From the NCBI RefSeq assembly GCF_037042905.1, contig NC_087251.1, positions 26,166,001 through 26,230,000 of the forward strand: a stretch of 64,000 nt of DNA, written 5' to 3'. How positions within the stretch are numbered: the stretch's first letter is position 1; the number at the start of each line of letters is the position of its first letter. The stretch comes from Lytechinus pictus. Its lineage: Eukaryota. This document shows positions 53,401 to 64,000 of this stretch, piece after piece. A program made the translations under genes and the position numbers. The notes beneath the pieces are model-generated. The model was not told the DNA's origin. It made no database searches and saw only the letters and a program-made list of their open reading frames with translations.

Positions 53401-54303
53401 GTTATGCTTTTAAGATTATTTTTTAATGTTCATCATTTAAAATTTATAACGCCAGAAAAAATCTGTATATGTTGTCTGAATAATCTTTTCAAAGGAGGTA
53501 GAAATCGTATTTTATTCAGTTTTATAAGGATCAATAGTATTAGGATAATTGACACAAATATAAAATTGATCATAACTGAAAGGGTAAATATGAAGTGACA
53601 CCGTTAGAAATGAAAAGTAATAGAAATAAACAGTTCCATGGCATTTGCTCCGGTGACATTTGCTCCGCTGTTATTTTTACACACAAATGGAATGACCAAC
53701 TTCAACCCTGGATTTAATACTTTACCCTATCCTAAACAGGACCCTAAACCTAACATAAAACACTATTGCAACCCTTACCCCAACCATATATCTTAGACAA
53801 TATAAATCCCGGAGCAATTGTCGCCAGAGCAAATATTGTGTCACCAAAATAAACATGACAATAGAAAAGCTAGAAACTTGCTAACTTCAAAGAGGGGAAG
53901 GCAACCAGTGCACAACTGAGAAAGATTCTTAAAAATCTTTACTTTTTCTAAATGATTTATAAATAATAATAATAATAATCCGCTGTTAAATAGCGCTTAA
54001 TACATCAAAACGTCTCTAAGTGCTTTACAGATATATTATTACCCCGGTCGTCGGATCCTGGCATGCCCGCATACAGTGTATGCACCTTTGCTTCACATGG
54101 AGTTACTAATGTTCACGATGACTTCCTCTGCATTCTATGAAAGCAATTCAGTAATTAATGTATGAATTGGATCTGTATTTTATTGTTTTATCCAGGATCT
54201 GAAGTCATCAAAGGGTCTGTATGATGAGATGAGGAAGATTGCTGAAGCCAATGCTGACTTTGTAATCACCTTTGAACAGAATAGAGTAGTAACAAAATCA
54301 TGA
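26333..54303 (+). CDS. MTBP: Mdm2-binding protein (MTBP), complete 17-exon gene, about 1032 aa
   Basis: Exons 26333-26405, 38424-38781, 39163-39224, 39637-39944, 40575-40751, 41304-41398, 45943-46154, 46918-47088, 47262-47381, 47735-48031, 48410-48547, 49272-49485, 50287-50452, 51149-51345, 51998-52286, 52974-53087 and 54196-54303 sum to 3099 nt with every phase matching. Motifs LDKIADELP, WHHARITI, WQGQV, LEFIHL, VPNVQLKG, PSQWVERQALQN, LSAKEFRSHF, YHGI-YC, SRSEKH and DLKSSKGLYDEMRK match vertebrate MTBP as I recall it. Confidence 0.92.
26652..27266. mobile_element. Tc1/mariner(pogo)-like MITE
   Basis: TA-CCGTA(T/A)GGGCACTAGTATTCAACCCG TIRs with TA flanks; the motif is repeated internally. 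Confidence 0.8.
31947..32290. mobile_element. Kolobok-like MITE in the foldback spacer (partial relative at ~31060-31550)
   Basis: TTAA-AGGGATGCTCCGGG...CCTGGAGTACCCC degenerate TIRs. Confidence 0.6.
33887..34116. mobile_element. hAT-like MITE inserted in a foldback repeat unit
   Basis: 8-bp TSD AATTGAAG on both sides; CAGTAGCATACG...CGTACGCCACC ends; the uninterrupted site is visible in sister repeat units. Confidence 0.78.
34443..35026. mobile_element. Kolobok-like MITE inserted in the foldback right arm
   Basis: TTAA TSD; the sister unit near 35310 shows the empty site GCAACTTAAACTCAATAT. Confidence 0.85.
37937..38005 (+). pseudogene. tRNA-Cys(GCA)-like relic or SINE head with Pol III A and B boxes
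   Basis: A box TAGCATAGCGG (37944-37954), anticodon arm TTGACTGCAGAT, B box GTTCGAGTCC (37988-37997); acceptor stem not intact. Confidence 0.55.
38424..38781 (+). CDS. MTBP: MTBP exon 2
   Basis: ctctag acceptor, gtgagg donor; open frame within ORF 38390..38785. Confidence 0.82.
39163..39224 (+). CDS. MTBP: MTBP exon 3 (...KLDKIADELPVG)
   Basis: Long pyrimidine tract, aaag acceptor chosen by phase, gtatgt donor. Confidence 0.75.
39637..39944 (+). CDS. MTBP: MTBP exon 4
   Basis: tctag acceptor, gtaagt donor; LDVVWL...WHHARITI...WQGQV. Confidence 0.9.
40575..40751 (+). CDS. MTBP: MTBP exon 5
   Basis: tgtag acceptor, gtaagc donor, open frame, phase 0 to 0. Confidence 0.82.
41304..41398 (+). 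CDS. MTBP: MTBP exon 6 (...TLEFIHLANLHEIPSWF...KFE)
   Basis: aacag acceptor; U12-type donor GTATCCTTT. Confidence 0.88.
41757..41940 (-). mobile_element. tRNA-derived SINE (second family)
   Basis: Minus strand reads GAGGCGCGACAGCTCAGTCAGTAGAGC...GGGTTTGATCCCC, a tRNA-like head. Confidence 0.65.
42334..43672. mobile_element. Small TA-flanked MITE interrupted by the Helentron-like element
   Basis: About 55-bp imperfect TIRs CC(A/T)CGGTCACAT...AACAG(C/T)CGTTTTA. Confidence 0.68.
42394..43576 (+). mobile_element. DINE-1/Helentron-like non-autonomous element with central ~180-bp tandem repeats
   Basis: T-run start; subTIR GTCTCGCCTGCA with a 5' hairpin; (GGC)n; about 5 tandem units; 3' subTIR TGCAGGCGAGAC. 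A 3' fragment recurs at ~31550-31852. Confidence 0.78.
45943..46154 (+). CDS. MTBP: MTBP exon 7
   Basis: U12-like branch point TCCTTGAC then CAG; gtaatg donor; phase 2 to 1. Confidence 0.85.
46918..47088 (+). CDS. MTBP: MTBP exon 8 (VPNVQLKG...)
   Basis: gacag acceptor, gtatgt donor. Confidence 0.9.
47262..47381 (+). CDS. MTBP: MTBP exon 9 (...LDSLPTVSG...)
   Basis: tatag acceptor, gtaagg donor. Confidence 0.88.
47735..48031 (+). CDS. MTBP: MTBP exon 10
   Basis: tgcag acceptor, gtaggt donor, open frame. Confidence 0.85.
48410..48547 (+). CDS. MTBP: MTBP exon 11 (PSQWVERQALQN)
   Basis: tgtag acceptor, gtaagt donor. Confidence 0.9.
49272..49485 (+). CDS. MTBP: MTBP exon 12 (ITLSAKEF...YHGI)
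   Basis: accag acceptor, gtgagt donor. Confidence 0.9.
50287..50452 (+). CDS. MTBP: MTBP exon 13 (YCKEK...RLQQRCVRQE...)
   Basis: catag acceptor, gtaggt donor. Confidence 0.88.
51149..51345 (+). CDS. MTBP: MTBP exon 14 (basic, S/T-P rich)
   Basis: aacag acceptor, gtaagt donor, phase 0 to 2. Confidence 0.85.
51998..52286 (+). CDS. MTBP: MTBP exon 15 (...SRSEKHKM)
   Basis: cccag acceptor, gtaaga donor. Confidence 0.88.
52404..52683 (+). mobile_element. tRNA-derived SINE
   Basis: A box TGGTCTATTGG, B box GGTTCAAATCC, shared core, (ATT)n tail; partial relative at ~48577-48697. Confidence 0.82.
52974..53087 (+). CDS. MTBP: MTBP exon 16 (KLRSIVEETL...HVCFKPC...RLY...)
   Basis: tatag acceptor, gtaaga donor; MTBP C-terminal domain. 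Confidence 0.92.
53631..53845. mobile_element. Small MITE with degenerate TAACCC-like internal repeats
   Basis: ATTTGCTCCGG...CCGGAGCAATT inverted ends; AAATAAAC direct repeat on both flanks. Confidence 0.5.
54196..54303 (+). CDS. MTBP: MTBP terminal exon (DLKSSKGLYDEMRKIA...*)
   Basis: tccag acceptor; TGA at 54301-54303. Confidence 0.93.
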   Translation, partial: DLKSSKGLYDEMRKIAEANADFVITFEQNRVVTKS

Positions 54304-56808
54304 TCACTGTCCTTTGCACAGATCAAGTAGTACATTGTAATAGTTTTTTCTTTGAGAGAGAGAGAGAAAGAGAAAGATGCAACAAGAAATAGGTTCCTTT
54401 GTGATGTTCAAAATCTTTTAGGGGAGCATTTCACGATGGCATTTGTTAGGTATTTCAGAGGATGTATATAGAGAAGGTGGTAATCCAAATTTGAAATGAC
54501 TTCATCAAAGTATGAAAGAACATCTCAGTAACTCTTCACTGTCATATTTCCTGCACCTCTATCATAATGCATGACTCCCCCAATTTAGTGTTGATGAAAA
54601 AAGGTACAAACTCCAAGTTTTGGCAAGTAAGATTAAAATAAAACTTTTACCGATGCCTGCTTCAGCTGAGTATGTTCTTTGACCATGGACATTGTTAATG
54701 AATGCAAGGCAGCATAGGTTTCTTCACTTCCACTTGGAAAAAATATAATCTGTACCTGTTGTCTTCCTGATTAATTTATTCACTCATGAGTGATGTAAGA
54801 AATGTATTATATCAGGAAATGATGAGGAGTTGCTTTTTCGTGTCATGGTTAATCAAGATCATAATCTTCAATAATATTCTTTAATGTATTAACCTTCTAA
54901 ATTGGATAATTTTTATTCTTATGCGCACAGTTTAAGCTACTGAAACCCTTCTATCAGACTTAGTGAAAGTCACCGACGGGTCTATTCACATAACCTACCA
55001 ACTATCCCTATTAAAATGGACAGTCTCAAGTTTTGGTGAAAGAGAGCCACCTCAACCAGTGTCTATATTTTTGTTAAAATTCAGATTTTTAGCCAACTAG
55101 CTGTATACTCTAATCAATTATTGGATGCTTTGTTAACCTTTTAAGACCCCTATGCCACCACCCCCCCCCCCATCTCGCATTGCAGTGACATGATTTATTC
55201 TATACATTGGTTGAGACATTTTTCACTGTGTACCTGGACAGCATCTTATGGCACATCTTTCAGTGATTTCACTATTCTTCTCAATCAATCAAAATCGAGT
55301 GTTTCAGTAGTTTATAACAGTTGCTAATGTAAATCCCTGACAAATCACTTTGTGGAAAGCTACCCTGAATGTCTTATTCACTGAGTCTACAGCATCACTT
55401 TATATGACACTCTGGACATGCAGATAATCTGAAGTAGTGTTGCACAATACGATATAACAATAATATTGTGTCATTGAAAATTGAATGAATAGATCAGATT
55501 GGGTCCATGGTGTATCACCTTTCATATTGCTAACAATTGAGGTTTCAATGTGTTTTGTACAGAAATCTACCTTGAAATGCTATAAAACCCAGACATTATC
55601 CCATTACCCCAATCCAACTCACTAGGGTCCCTGGGAAAGAGTCATAAAAATGTCATCCCTATTCAAGCAATATATATTCCCTACTCAAATGTATTATACT
55701 TTTAGTCTTTCCTGAAAAAGGGTGGTTTATTAACATTCTTTAACACTTAAACAATTATTCAGTTGGGATGGGTTATCTCCACATCATGGATTTTACAGCT
55801 GGCAATCGTGCAGCCCTAATCTTGAGTACCTGCTGGTTAAAGGAGGATGAAAATTTGTTTTCTAGTCAATGTACACAAGATAATTAATACTAATATAAAA
55901 TATATTACCTCTATGCAATTATGCATTCCTTTTTAACTTTTCATTTTCATGGGGAGGATTTTCCCATTTCCCCTTCCTTGATACATGTATATCTCTGTAC
56001 AGTAGACTCAGATATGAATTTACTCAGAATTATGGTTACCTGTACATGACTTAGCAGATTGTATGATTGCTATGACTTCATTACAATTACGCATTGAATT
56101 TGCTTTATACTTATAAAAAGGAATGCAATTGTCATGAATTGAATTACAATATTCTCATCAAAATTTCGATCTTTGGATAGTAGAATGTTCCATGGTCAAA
56201 TAAGCGTTGTACATTTTTATCCTAAAAGTGGGGTTGCAGACCAGTCATAGTGTTTTCAGCCTTAAGTGATATGTGCTAGTTAAAGACTATTTATTACAAA
56301 TGATATACCTTCTATAAAAACATCTGGATGATTCATAAATAATTTTTAGTGGCAACAAATTTCAAAGACCATAATCCATGTTTTATTTATTACTTTACCA
56401 TAGGCAGCAAATCCTGTCTCAAATGTGTAAGAAAATATTCATTGTGTATTAACTTTATATTCCCATTTTAGTCCAAGAAAAGTTTGAATCTATATCTGAT
56501 CTTCACTCCTTGAAAGTTAAATTTTGGACAGTTGCTAAAAATATTGTTTTGGGAACATATTTTTTTGTTTGTTTTCAGGGTGCTAGAAACATCCTTTACT
56601 GTTTTTCGATTTCTACACAACTTGATTTACTCCTACATTGAGTGGTGTCAAGTATAGTGTTGAAAGCAGGTGTTGGTGTTGCTCAACACCATCACTAGCA
56701 ATAACACTGTAGTTGAATTTAGGCCAATGTTTGATGTGATCTTCTGAACCAAGTATCATAGTTGGCGTTGATGATCTACATGCATTGTACAATTGACTAA
56801 TTCTAGAC

Positions 56809-57664
56809 CAGGGGTTCTCAAACTTTTTCTTTGAAGGGCCAGATGAGATTCGAAATACCAGTAAACCTGAAAGGGCCAGGGTGAAGTGGATACTTAGAAA
56901 AATAAAATGTGCGCGAAGCGCGAATACCCTTGCGGCCGGGGTCCTAGATGCTCTCTGGTGCAATCTGGTCCTTATTTTTGGAGAATTTAATCCAACAAAT
57001 TTATAAGTTTCATATGGAACACAGGCAATAAATAAAATACAGCGAGAGTCAATAGTAATGACAACGAAATTGTAGTTCTTTGTTAAAAGGAATGTAGATT
57101 GTACCTATGTCAATTTTAACACATACCTGGAATTGAAGAGAAAGATAAAGTTTTGTAGAAGGCCTATCAATATTTTTTTGTAGTCAAAGTAGATTGGCCA
57201 ACATATTGGTCTCGTGCTCGATTGCGGTAAAATGAATGCATACTTGTCTGTCCATTCTTCATGGAAAACAAGATTTTCAGCATCCACCTTTCTTTTCTTC
57301 GCAGAATTTGATGCCATCTTGACCTGGCTAACAATTAATGATGACTAATTTAACCCTGAGAAAATCCGCAGAACTGAACCGACAATTAAGTTTACGTTTT
57401 AACCAAATAGATCGCGTGTTGCAATGTGTGCGCGCGTGTTTTCAAATGCTATGTGTTATCAATGTTTTTTCAATGTAGCGCCGCGCTGGTCTTCTAAAGT
57501 AGAACAGACAGAAAAGATTCCACTAAACTTGATTTAAAAGTTAAATTAGTTTGACTGTCATTACTTTTATTACGGTGTCATGGATACACAATGTAATCAT
57601 ATTGTGACTGAAAAGTGATGGAAAAAAGCCAGCAGTCTCGCGGGCCGTAGTTTGAGAACCCCTG
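56809..57664 (-). mobile_element. Internally deleted hAT (SPIN/Charlie/Buster-type) transposon retaining the transposase N-terminus
   Basis: Perfect TIR CAGGGGTTCTCAAAC; perfect TSD TTCTAGAC; ORF 57105..57317(-) KKRKVDAENLVFHEEWTDKYAF...PIC resembles the SPIN/GTF2IRD2-type transposase start. Confidence 0.88.
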
Positions 57665-59522
57665 TTCTAGACCCTAAGGATTGGTTCAGGGTTTGATGAT
57701 GGTGTTGGCAATTTCCAGCTCATGAACAGAATGAAAACAACACTGAAATTAGCTTTTACAGCAAAGATGAGTGCAAATTATCATATTTCTAATGAGTTTA
57801 ACAAGTAAGAATATAACTCTTTTGATTTCTAAATGGGTTTTTGCATTCCATATGATGAGATTTAAGTGCAATTTCTCCCCATTGTCGCTTTCATTGTCAA
57901 GACTTTTTGTGTGAAGTTGAGATGATTGCACAGCTGTGATATTACTCAGTATTGAGCTATCAATGATGTATTTAAAATTTTCTTACTTAGCTCAGTCCGG
58001 TGTTGGAGCATGATTCAGCAGCTTTTTCACGCTCTCAACACCTGCACCAACACACTACTTGAAATCACCCACTGTATGCAACTAAGACTGACTAAATCCA
58101 TGGCAGGGTAATAATAGTCTGTAAGCCAAGCCAAGTATTTGGATATTATTTCACTGAGCACCCTAGATATATTAACCAGATTTTAATTGGTAATGTTACC
58201 AGACAATTCACCTTTAATAATTTAAGGAGCTTGAAACACAAACTTTTGTATCCATAGTTAATCATTTGTGAGCCATGTTAACAGCTGTTAGATTCATCCA
58301 TTCAGATAATGGACCAGCTGGGTGCTTCATAAAGCTGTTCTTAAGTTTTGAGCAACTTTACAAACGATCGGTGAATCTTTCTTGAGGTAAATGATACAAA
58401 CCAGATTTTAATTGGTGTTCATGTAGTTCCTACGAAAGGATCACCAGTCATTCGTTAAGTTGCTTGTAACTTACGGACAGCTATATGAAATGCCCACCTG
58501 TGTTAGGAAGAGATTCATTTAAACACAGCTCAAAGAATCAAACACAAGTCCCTCTTGCATGTTTCTTATTGGTTGAAAATCAAGTTGTGTTTGATTTTAG
58601 GAATGAAGTCTGATCGCAGCTCTTCCTGCAACCAAGAAGACTTTCTAAACATCATGTGGGTGCCTCTAAAGATTAAAGGTGCAAAATTCTACTGTGTGTT
58701 ATAAGAAATGTTTTGGAAGAAAAAGAAAAACCTTTCAAAGTTAATTATTTCTGTTACAAAGCTGTAAATAATGAAATACAAAGAGGTCATTAGATTAGAA
58801 TTTGTTTTGAGAAAAATATTATTAAAAAGCATGAATTTTATGAAAAGATGCAAATGCTTGTGTTTTTTATTTATGTGGTTTTATCTTTCATGAATGAATA
58901 ATAGACTCCAAATCAGGGCCCCGTCTTACAAAGAGTTGCGATTGATCCGATCAATCACAAGTATGGATGGCTAGCAATGTCAACATCTAAAATGCAAATT
59001 TGTTCAAAATATTTTCTGGATATGATGTATATTCATACATTCATCATTCTCTTGAAGAATCGGTGTGATTCTCTTTGTTTACTAAGGAGATTTTGCAAAT
59101 TTCCTGTAAAAAAAACTATGGTATGGATGGATTTCCATACAGTTTAGATTGATTGGATCAATCGTAACTCTTTGTAAGATGGAGCCCAGGGGGCCATTTC
59201 ATAAAGCTGTTCGTAAGTTAAGAACGACTTTGGTGATCCTTTCTTGTGGTAATGATATTCACCATTAATGTTCATTGGTGATTATTCAGGGCATAAGAAA
59301 GGTTCACCAGTCGTTCTTAAAGTGGCTCTTAACTTACGAACAGCTTTATGAAACAGCAAGCTAATGAGTGGTACCACTTTATATATTTATATATATGTGT
59401 GTGTGTGTGATATTCTTTCTAAAAGGAATTAATAGACAGAAATAACTGTCTTTTCTGTTGAGAAATCGTATCACGATTCAAGTACCCAATGAAGTTGATG
59501 TTGAATCGACACAAACGGTAAT

Positions 59523-61191
59523 TTACGAGGAGTTGTTGGATAGCAGTATCCCGCTGGCTTCAGCCAGCTCTTCCTCCAGGACTTGGATGTTCATGTCCGA
59601 GTCAATGTTCCTTTGATTGATGGCCAGAGCCCTCTTCTCTGCTGTTAGACTTCTCTCATCAGCTTTATAGACTTCATTGCTTAAAGAGATAACTACCAGC
59701 TCCAACTTCAACTCCATGCTCTGATGCCAGGCTCTGTCCCGATATTAGAATTCAAAATAAAATTATTTAACAAATGACAAAATGTATTCTGTCTATAGTT
59801 ATTGAAAAATATTGGTATTTAATATTTCAAATATTCATTCATCTCATTCCATCACTCATGATTTATTTATTTTATCAATTCAGACATTCAAGTTGTTTGA
59901 CATTGTATCTATCGAAGTTTATATTTTGTTTATGTAACACTCATTTTTTAGTTTTCTGATGAGACCATCATATCAGTCGTATTGAATATATCAAGCTCAA
60001 AATGATTTGTTAGTAATGATACTCGTCCATTTTGATTTGGTCAGAGAGGTTTTGAATTTGCAATGTTTATTCAGAGCGCCCTTTTGTATAAGATTCCTCT
60101 GAAAAAAAGCCCCATATAAATCCAATAATTGTCATTATATTCCTGGATCTCTAAGATTTATTCTGGGGTGAAAATATACAGGAAATGAAGATTAATTAAA
60201 TTGATTGAAATTTTTATTATTTCAAAGCCTTCATTGAAGAAATTTTATGTTACAAGGATGAACGGTGTTCTCTACTATTATTCAGTTTTACACTTTATCA
60301 AGCAATTTAAGTGCATTTAAGCTATAATTTGTTTTATTTAATTAACACCAAACTGAGCTGATTGACTGGAGGGGTTAGGCCTGAGTGGGGTAGGGTGGAT
60401 AGTTGGATCCTTGAAGACCAATATAGCTTCTGTTTGTGATCATGGCAATGTGAAGAATCTTGATAGGGTATGGACAATTGTTATATTTACATTTAATTAG
60501 TGAAACTTACAAGCATTGGCTGAGAAATATATATACATGTGAAGTATTTGTAGAAGAGTCCAATATCAGAGATAGATTGCAGAGAGCAATAGACAGAAAG
60601 AAAGGAGATAAATGGACAAGAGCTAGAGAGAGAGAGGGGGGCGAGGAGGGGGAATAGGCAGACAGAAGAAAGAAACACTAAAAAAAAGTGATGATGAAAT
60701 GATTATGACAAATGTTATTTAGTAATCAATATTGACATAACAATTTCTATATTATTTTTGCAAAAAAAAATAAACAAACATACAAATTATGATAATGAAG
60801 TAGGAAAATAGGTATTAAAGGGATATGGAGAAAAATTAAATTATTTCAGCGTTTAAGCATTTGTATATATTTGTTAAGTTTTTTTGGGGATGATTGCTGT
60901 GCTGAGTGGGGTTTTTTTAGGGGGGGGGGCTTTGGTTAAAGCAGCTTTTGCTTGTTGCTTTAATTGCTAGCAGAATTACATTAGGCCTATTTTTTACTTT
61001 GTGTTTGTTTGTCGATCATGTAAATAGGATAGTGTTGCTTTGCATCCAGGGAATTAACCATTAATGGCAACAGGAGAAGCTTACCCGATACACGCACGGC
61101 AGCGGCCTACCAAAGACCCAGGGTATGGAGATTGAATGCAATACATCTCCGAATGTTGATTCCAAGTGATATAAAATACAAATTGTTTGAT
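59523..61191 (-). CDS. Possible two-exon coding fragment ending in a coiled coil (weakly tropomyosin-like); exons 61191-61085 and 59733-59523
   Basis: Phase-compatible tag|...GG|gtaagc and gacag|A junctions give one open frame ending NIQVLEEELAEA...*. Confidence 0.35.
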
Positions 61192-62078
61192 CTACGAATC
61201 GGAATGTGAACAGTGTAAGAAAGAAGTGATACATGGAAAGAATGCGTTCTGCTTAAAACCATAAAAATCAACTTCCAAATATCATTCCCCCACCGCCCTA
61301 TTACCAAGATAAAATTTTGTAACATATCACAAATATATGCTAATCGAATTATTACGCCTTCATTATAATTTATGATTTGCAATTTCTAATGAATCTAATT
61401 TGTGAAAAAAAAATGCGCGACAGAGATGTCATAGACGTCACGGCTCATCATTTTGCAAGTATTATTCAAGGATATCAGGAAAAATTAACAACCAGAAAAT
61501 TATTATGAACCCTCGAATAAGCATCGCCGTCATTTACAATCCATACATTTCGAGCCATGCATATATATTTCCGTTCCCCCATCTTTTAATCTTTTTCATG
61601 CATTTGGCCGGAACAAATGAATGACTTTTCCTACTTTTAATTTACTTATATGTCTGGAAACCACTTGAACTTTGGACAAAGAAGCTCGGCTATATGTAAT
61701 TTAAGTGCCTGTCAAGTATTTCCAGGATGCCACGCCCATTTTTTTTTTACCTATAGAGGCGACGGGCTAGAGGCTTTCAGCATACCACAGGGCTAAACTG
61801 CGGCGTGATTTCCCTTTTGGGTTTATTTTAAGTCGGCAAAAGGGCAACTTATCCTATTTTTGTAGAAAAGTAAGTAAAAAAAAACATTATTCTTATGGTT
61901 CTTTCACTAATTATTCATGTATTAATCATTAGTTCTTATGACAGATTTCTGAGATAAAATCTGCTCCGTCATCTCTCTTACTGTTTTCACTTCCTTGTTG
62001 CAATAATTTCGAATGTCACAAAATTATTGTTAAAACTAAATTTCTTACATCTTTAGATCAACAAAAGGAAAATCCACA

Positions 62079-62129
62079 ATGTCTTACAGACAGGTAAGGA
62101 ATATTTATCTATATTGTCTAAAATTTAAC

Positions 62130-62182
<53 letters not shown>

Positions 62183-62455
62183 TAGTAGTAGTAGTAGTAG
62201 TAGTAGATGGTAGTAGTGCTAGTAGTAGTGGTAGTAGTGGTGGTGGTGGTAGTAGTAGTATATTAAATCTTGGTTTTGAACATGAAAAGTAATTCGAAAG
62301 TTATGACTAAGTGTTAATGAAAACTGTGTTTGTTAAAAGGAAGATTTGTTGAGCAGATTTTTAATGGCTTAATTTTGTTTAATAACATAAAGATTTATCA
62401 CATATTGATTCATCATATTTATTTAGTAGTAGTAGTAGTAGTAGTGGTAGTAGTA

Positions 62456-62494
<39 letters not shown>

Positions 62495-62501
62495 ATAGTA
62501 A

Positions 62502-62572
<71 letters not shown>

Positions 62573-62620
62573 TGGTGGTGGTGGTAGTATATAGTAGTAG
62601 TAGTAGTAGCAGTAGTAGCA

Positions 62621-62657
<37 letters not shown>

Positions 62658-62682
62658 CAGTAGTGGCATTAGTAGCAGTAGC

Positions 62683-62716
<34 letters not shown>

Positions 62717-62988
62717 TATTAAATCTTGGTTTTGAACATGAAAAGTAATTCGAAAGTTATGACTAAGTGGTAAATGAAAACTGTGTTTGTTAAATGGAAG
62801 ATTTGTTGAGCAGATTTTTAATGGCTTAATTTTTTTATGACATAAAGATTTATCACATATTGACTTATCATATTTATGTATTTACGATGATACTAATTTG
62901 GTTTATTTGATAGCAAAGAGAGAATGAAGAAGAGGAGGATCGGGAGACAATTCGGTTCAGAAAAATTTTCAAGGAAGTTTCGGGTCCG
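62079..62988 (+). CDS. Probable 5' exons of a penta-EF-hand (calpain small-subunit/sorcin-like) gene; coding exons 62079-62093 and 62914-62988, continuing beyond
   Basis: Strong splice signals (CAG|gtaagg; tactaat...tag; CCG|gtaaga), phase 0; MSYRQ-QRENEEEEDRETIRFRKIFKEVSGP resembles the EF1 lead-in of the calpain PEF domain (ESEEVRQFRRLFAQLAGD). Confidence 0.5.
62130..62880. repeat. (TAG)n microsatellites within a ~455-bp tandem duplication
   Basis: (TAG)n at ~62130-62260 and ~62424-62716, each followed by the same TATTAAATCTTGGTTTTGAACATG block. Confidence 0.9.
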
Positions 62989-64000
62989 GTAAGAAAATAT
63001 TAATTGTTTATTACAAAAGACAGAATTGGGAAGAGATTGTATGTGAGAATGCAAGGAGAATGTAAAATGACGATTGTATATTAGAGGGGAATATGAAAAA
63101 GGAGAAGGGGAGAGGAAAATGAGAGTTAGAGGGGGGATCAAAACACGACAGATTGCAACTAGAAATCAAGTTCTGAAGAAGAGTTTTCGCCAACGTATAG
63201 CCCAAACAAATTAGATATAGCAATTATACTAATTTCTGATTGGTACATATACATGTACATTAACATTTCACATAAAAATCTATATTTTGGAGCCTTTGTT
63301 CATAAACTAACGATCATGGATATTGGATATTCTATTGAAAGTAAAAAAAGAAAATTTTCAAGTTCGTTCTATATATGCAATATATTATTTTGATAGTATA
63401 TACAATGACTTTAAATTAAAAAAACTGTACTGACAATTATGTGACACTGCAGGCAAGATGCTTGGACCTTTCGAAGGCCTTTCAGACAAAACAATTTTAT
63501 GCGAAGCGTTATGAAAACAAAACAGAAATCTACAGAATACATCATATTCACAAACCACAGAGGGTTCACACTTTATGCCCAACCTCAAAAGATTTGGCAG
63601 TTACTTTTGATAAGGGTTGTAACAAAGGAAAATTTAAACAATTCCCACACTGCTCTGCTCATCTATAAAATTATATGCGCTAGGGTAGGACTTGGATATT
63701 TAACAAATTTTGCAGTACACGTATAACTATTGATTGAATTGCAGCAATGGATATTATTTTCAAGGGTTAAACCATGCAATACAAACATTCCTTCTTTTGT
63801 TTTAAGATGATTGGGTATATTTCCCAAATTAGATCAATTTTTATGAACTTTAATTAAATGATATTATATTTTTTCACATAAACTACCAAAGCATTATTGC
63901 GAAAGCGTTTTTATTTTTTTTGTCATCTCACTTTCCAAGCGACTCATACAAGCACATTTTTCTCTTTTTTTTTGGGGGGGGGGGTGTATAAAAGTTGATT

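Noticed and set aside
62330..62669. Poly-Val and poly-Leu ORFs
   Set aside because: Translation of (TAG)n microsatellite.
63441..63668. ORF with LDLSKAF, as a LINE reverse transcriptase motif or next exon of the PEF-like gene
   Set aside because: The motif is isolated, with no surrounding RT or EF-hand similarity that I can see.

Overview
AT-rich, intron-containing animal genomic DNA; the repeat content suggests an echinoderm (sea urchin-like), which is an inference. I reconstructed two spliced + strand genes by hand from splice sites and reading-frame phase. (1) The 3' part of a PACS1/2-family gene: 9 exons, 4995-15725. (2) A complete MTBP (Mdm2-binding protein, replication-initiation factor) gene: 17 exons, 26333-54303, 3099 nt, about 1032 aa. 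At the right end are a weak minus-strand two-exon coiled-coil ORF and the probable start of a + strand penta-EF-hand (calpain small-subunit-like) gene. The most striking structure is in MTBP intron 1: at least five DNA transposons nested inside one another, each with its own TIRs and target-site duplication. The core is a 6.9-kb foldback/MULE-like element, and the outermost shell carries a tRNA-Cys-like Pol III promoter. Also seen: a U12-type (minor spliceosome) intron in MTBP, partial exon duplications in both genes, inverted piggyBac-like MITEs bracketing seven PACS exons, a DINE-1/Helentron-like element, a deleted SPIN/Charlie-type hAT, SINEs and many MITEs. Homology calls come from recalled family motifs, not from database searches.
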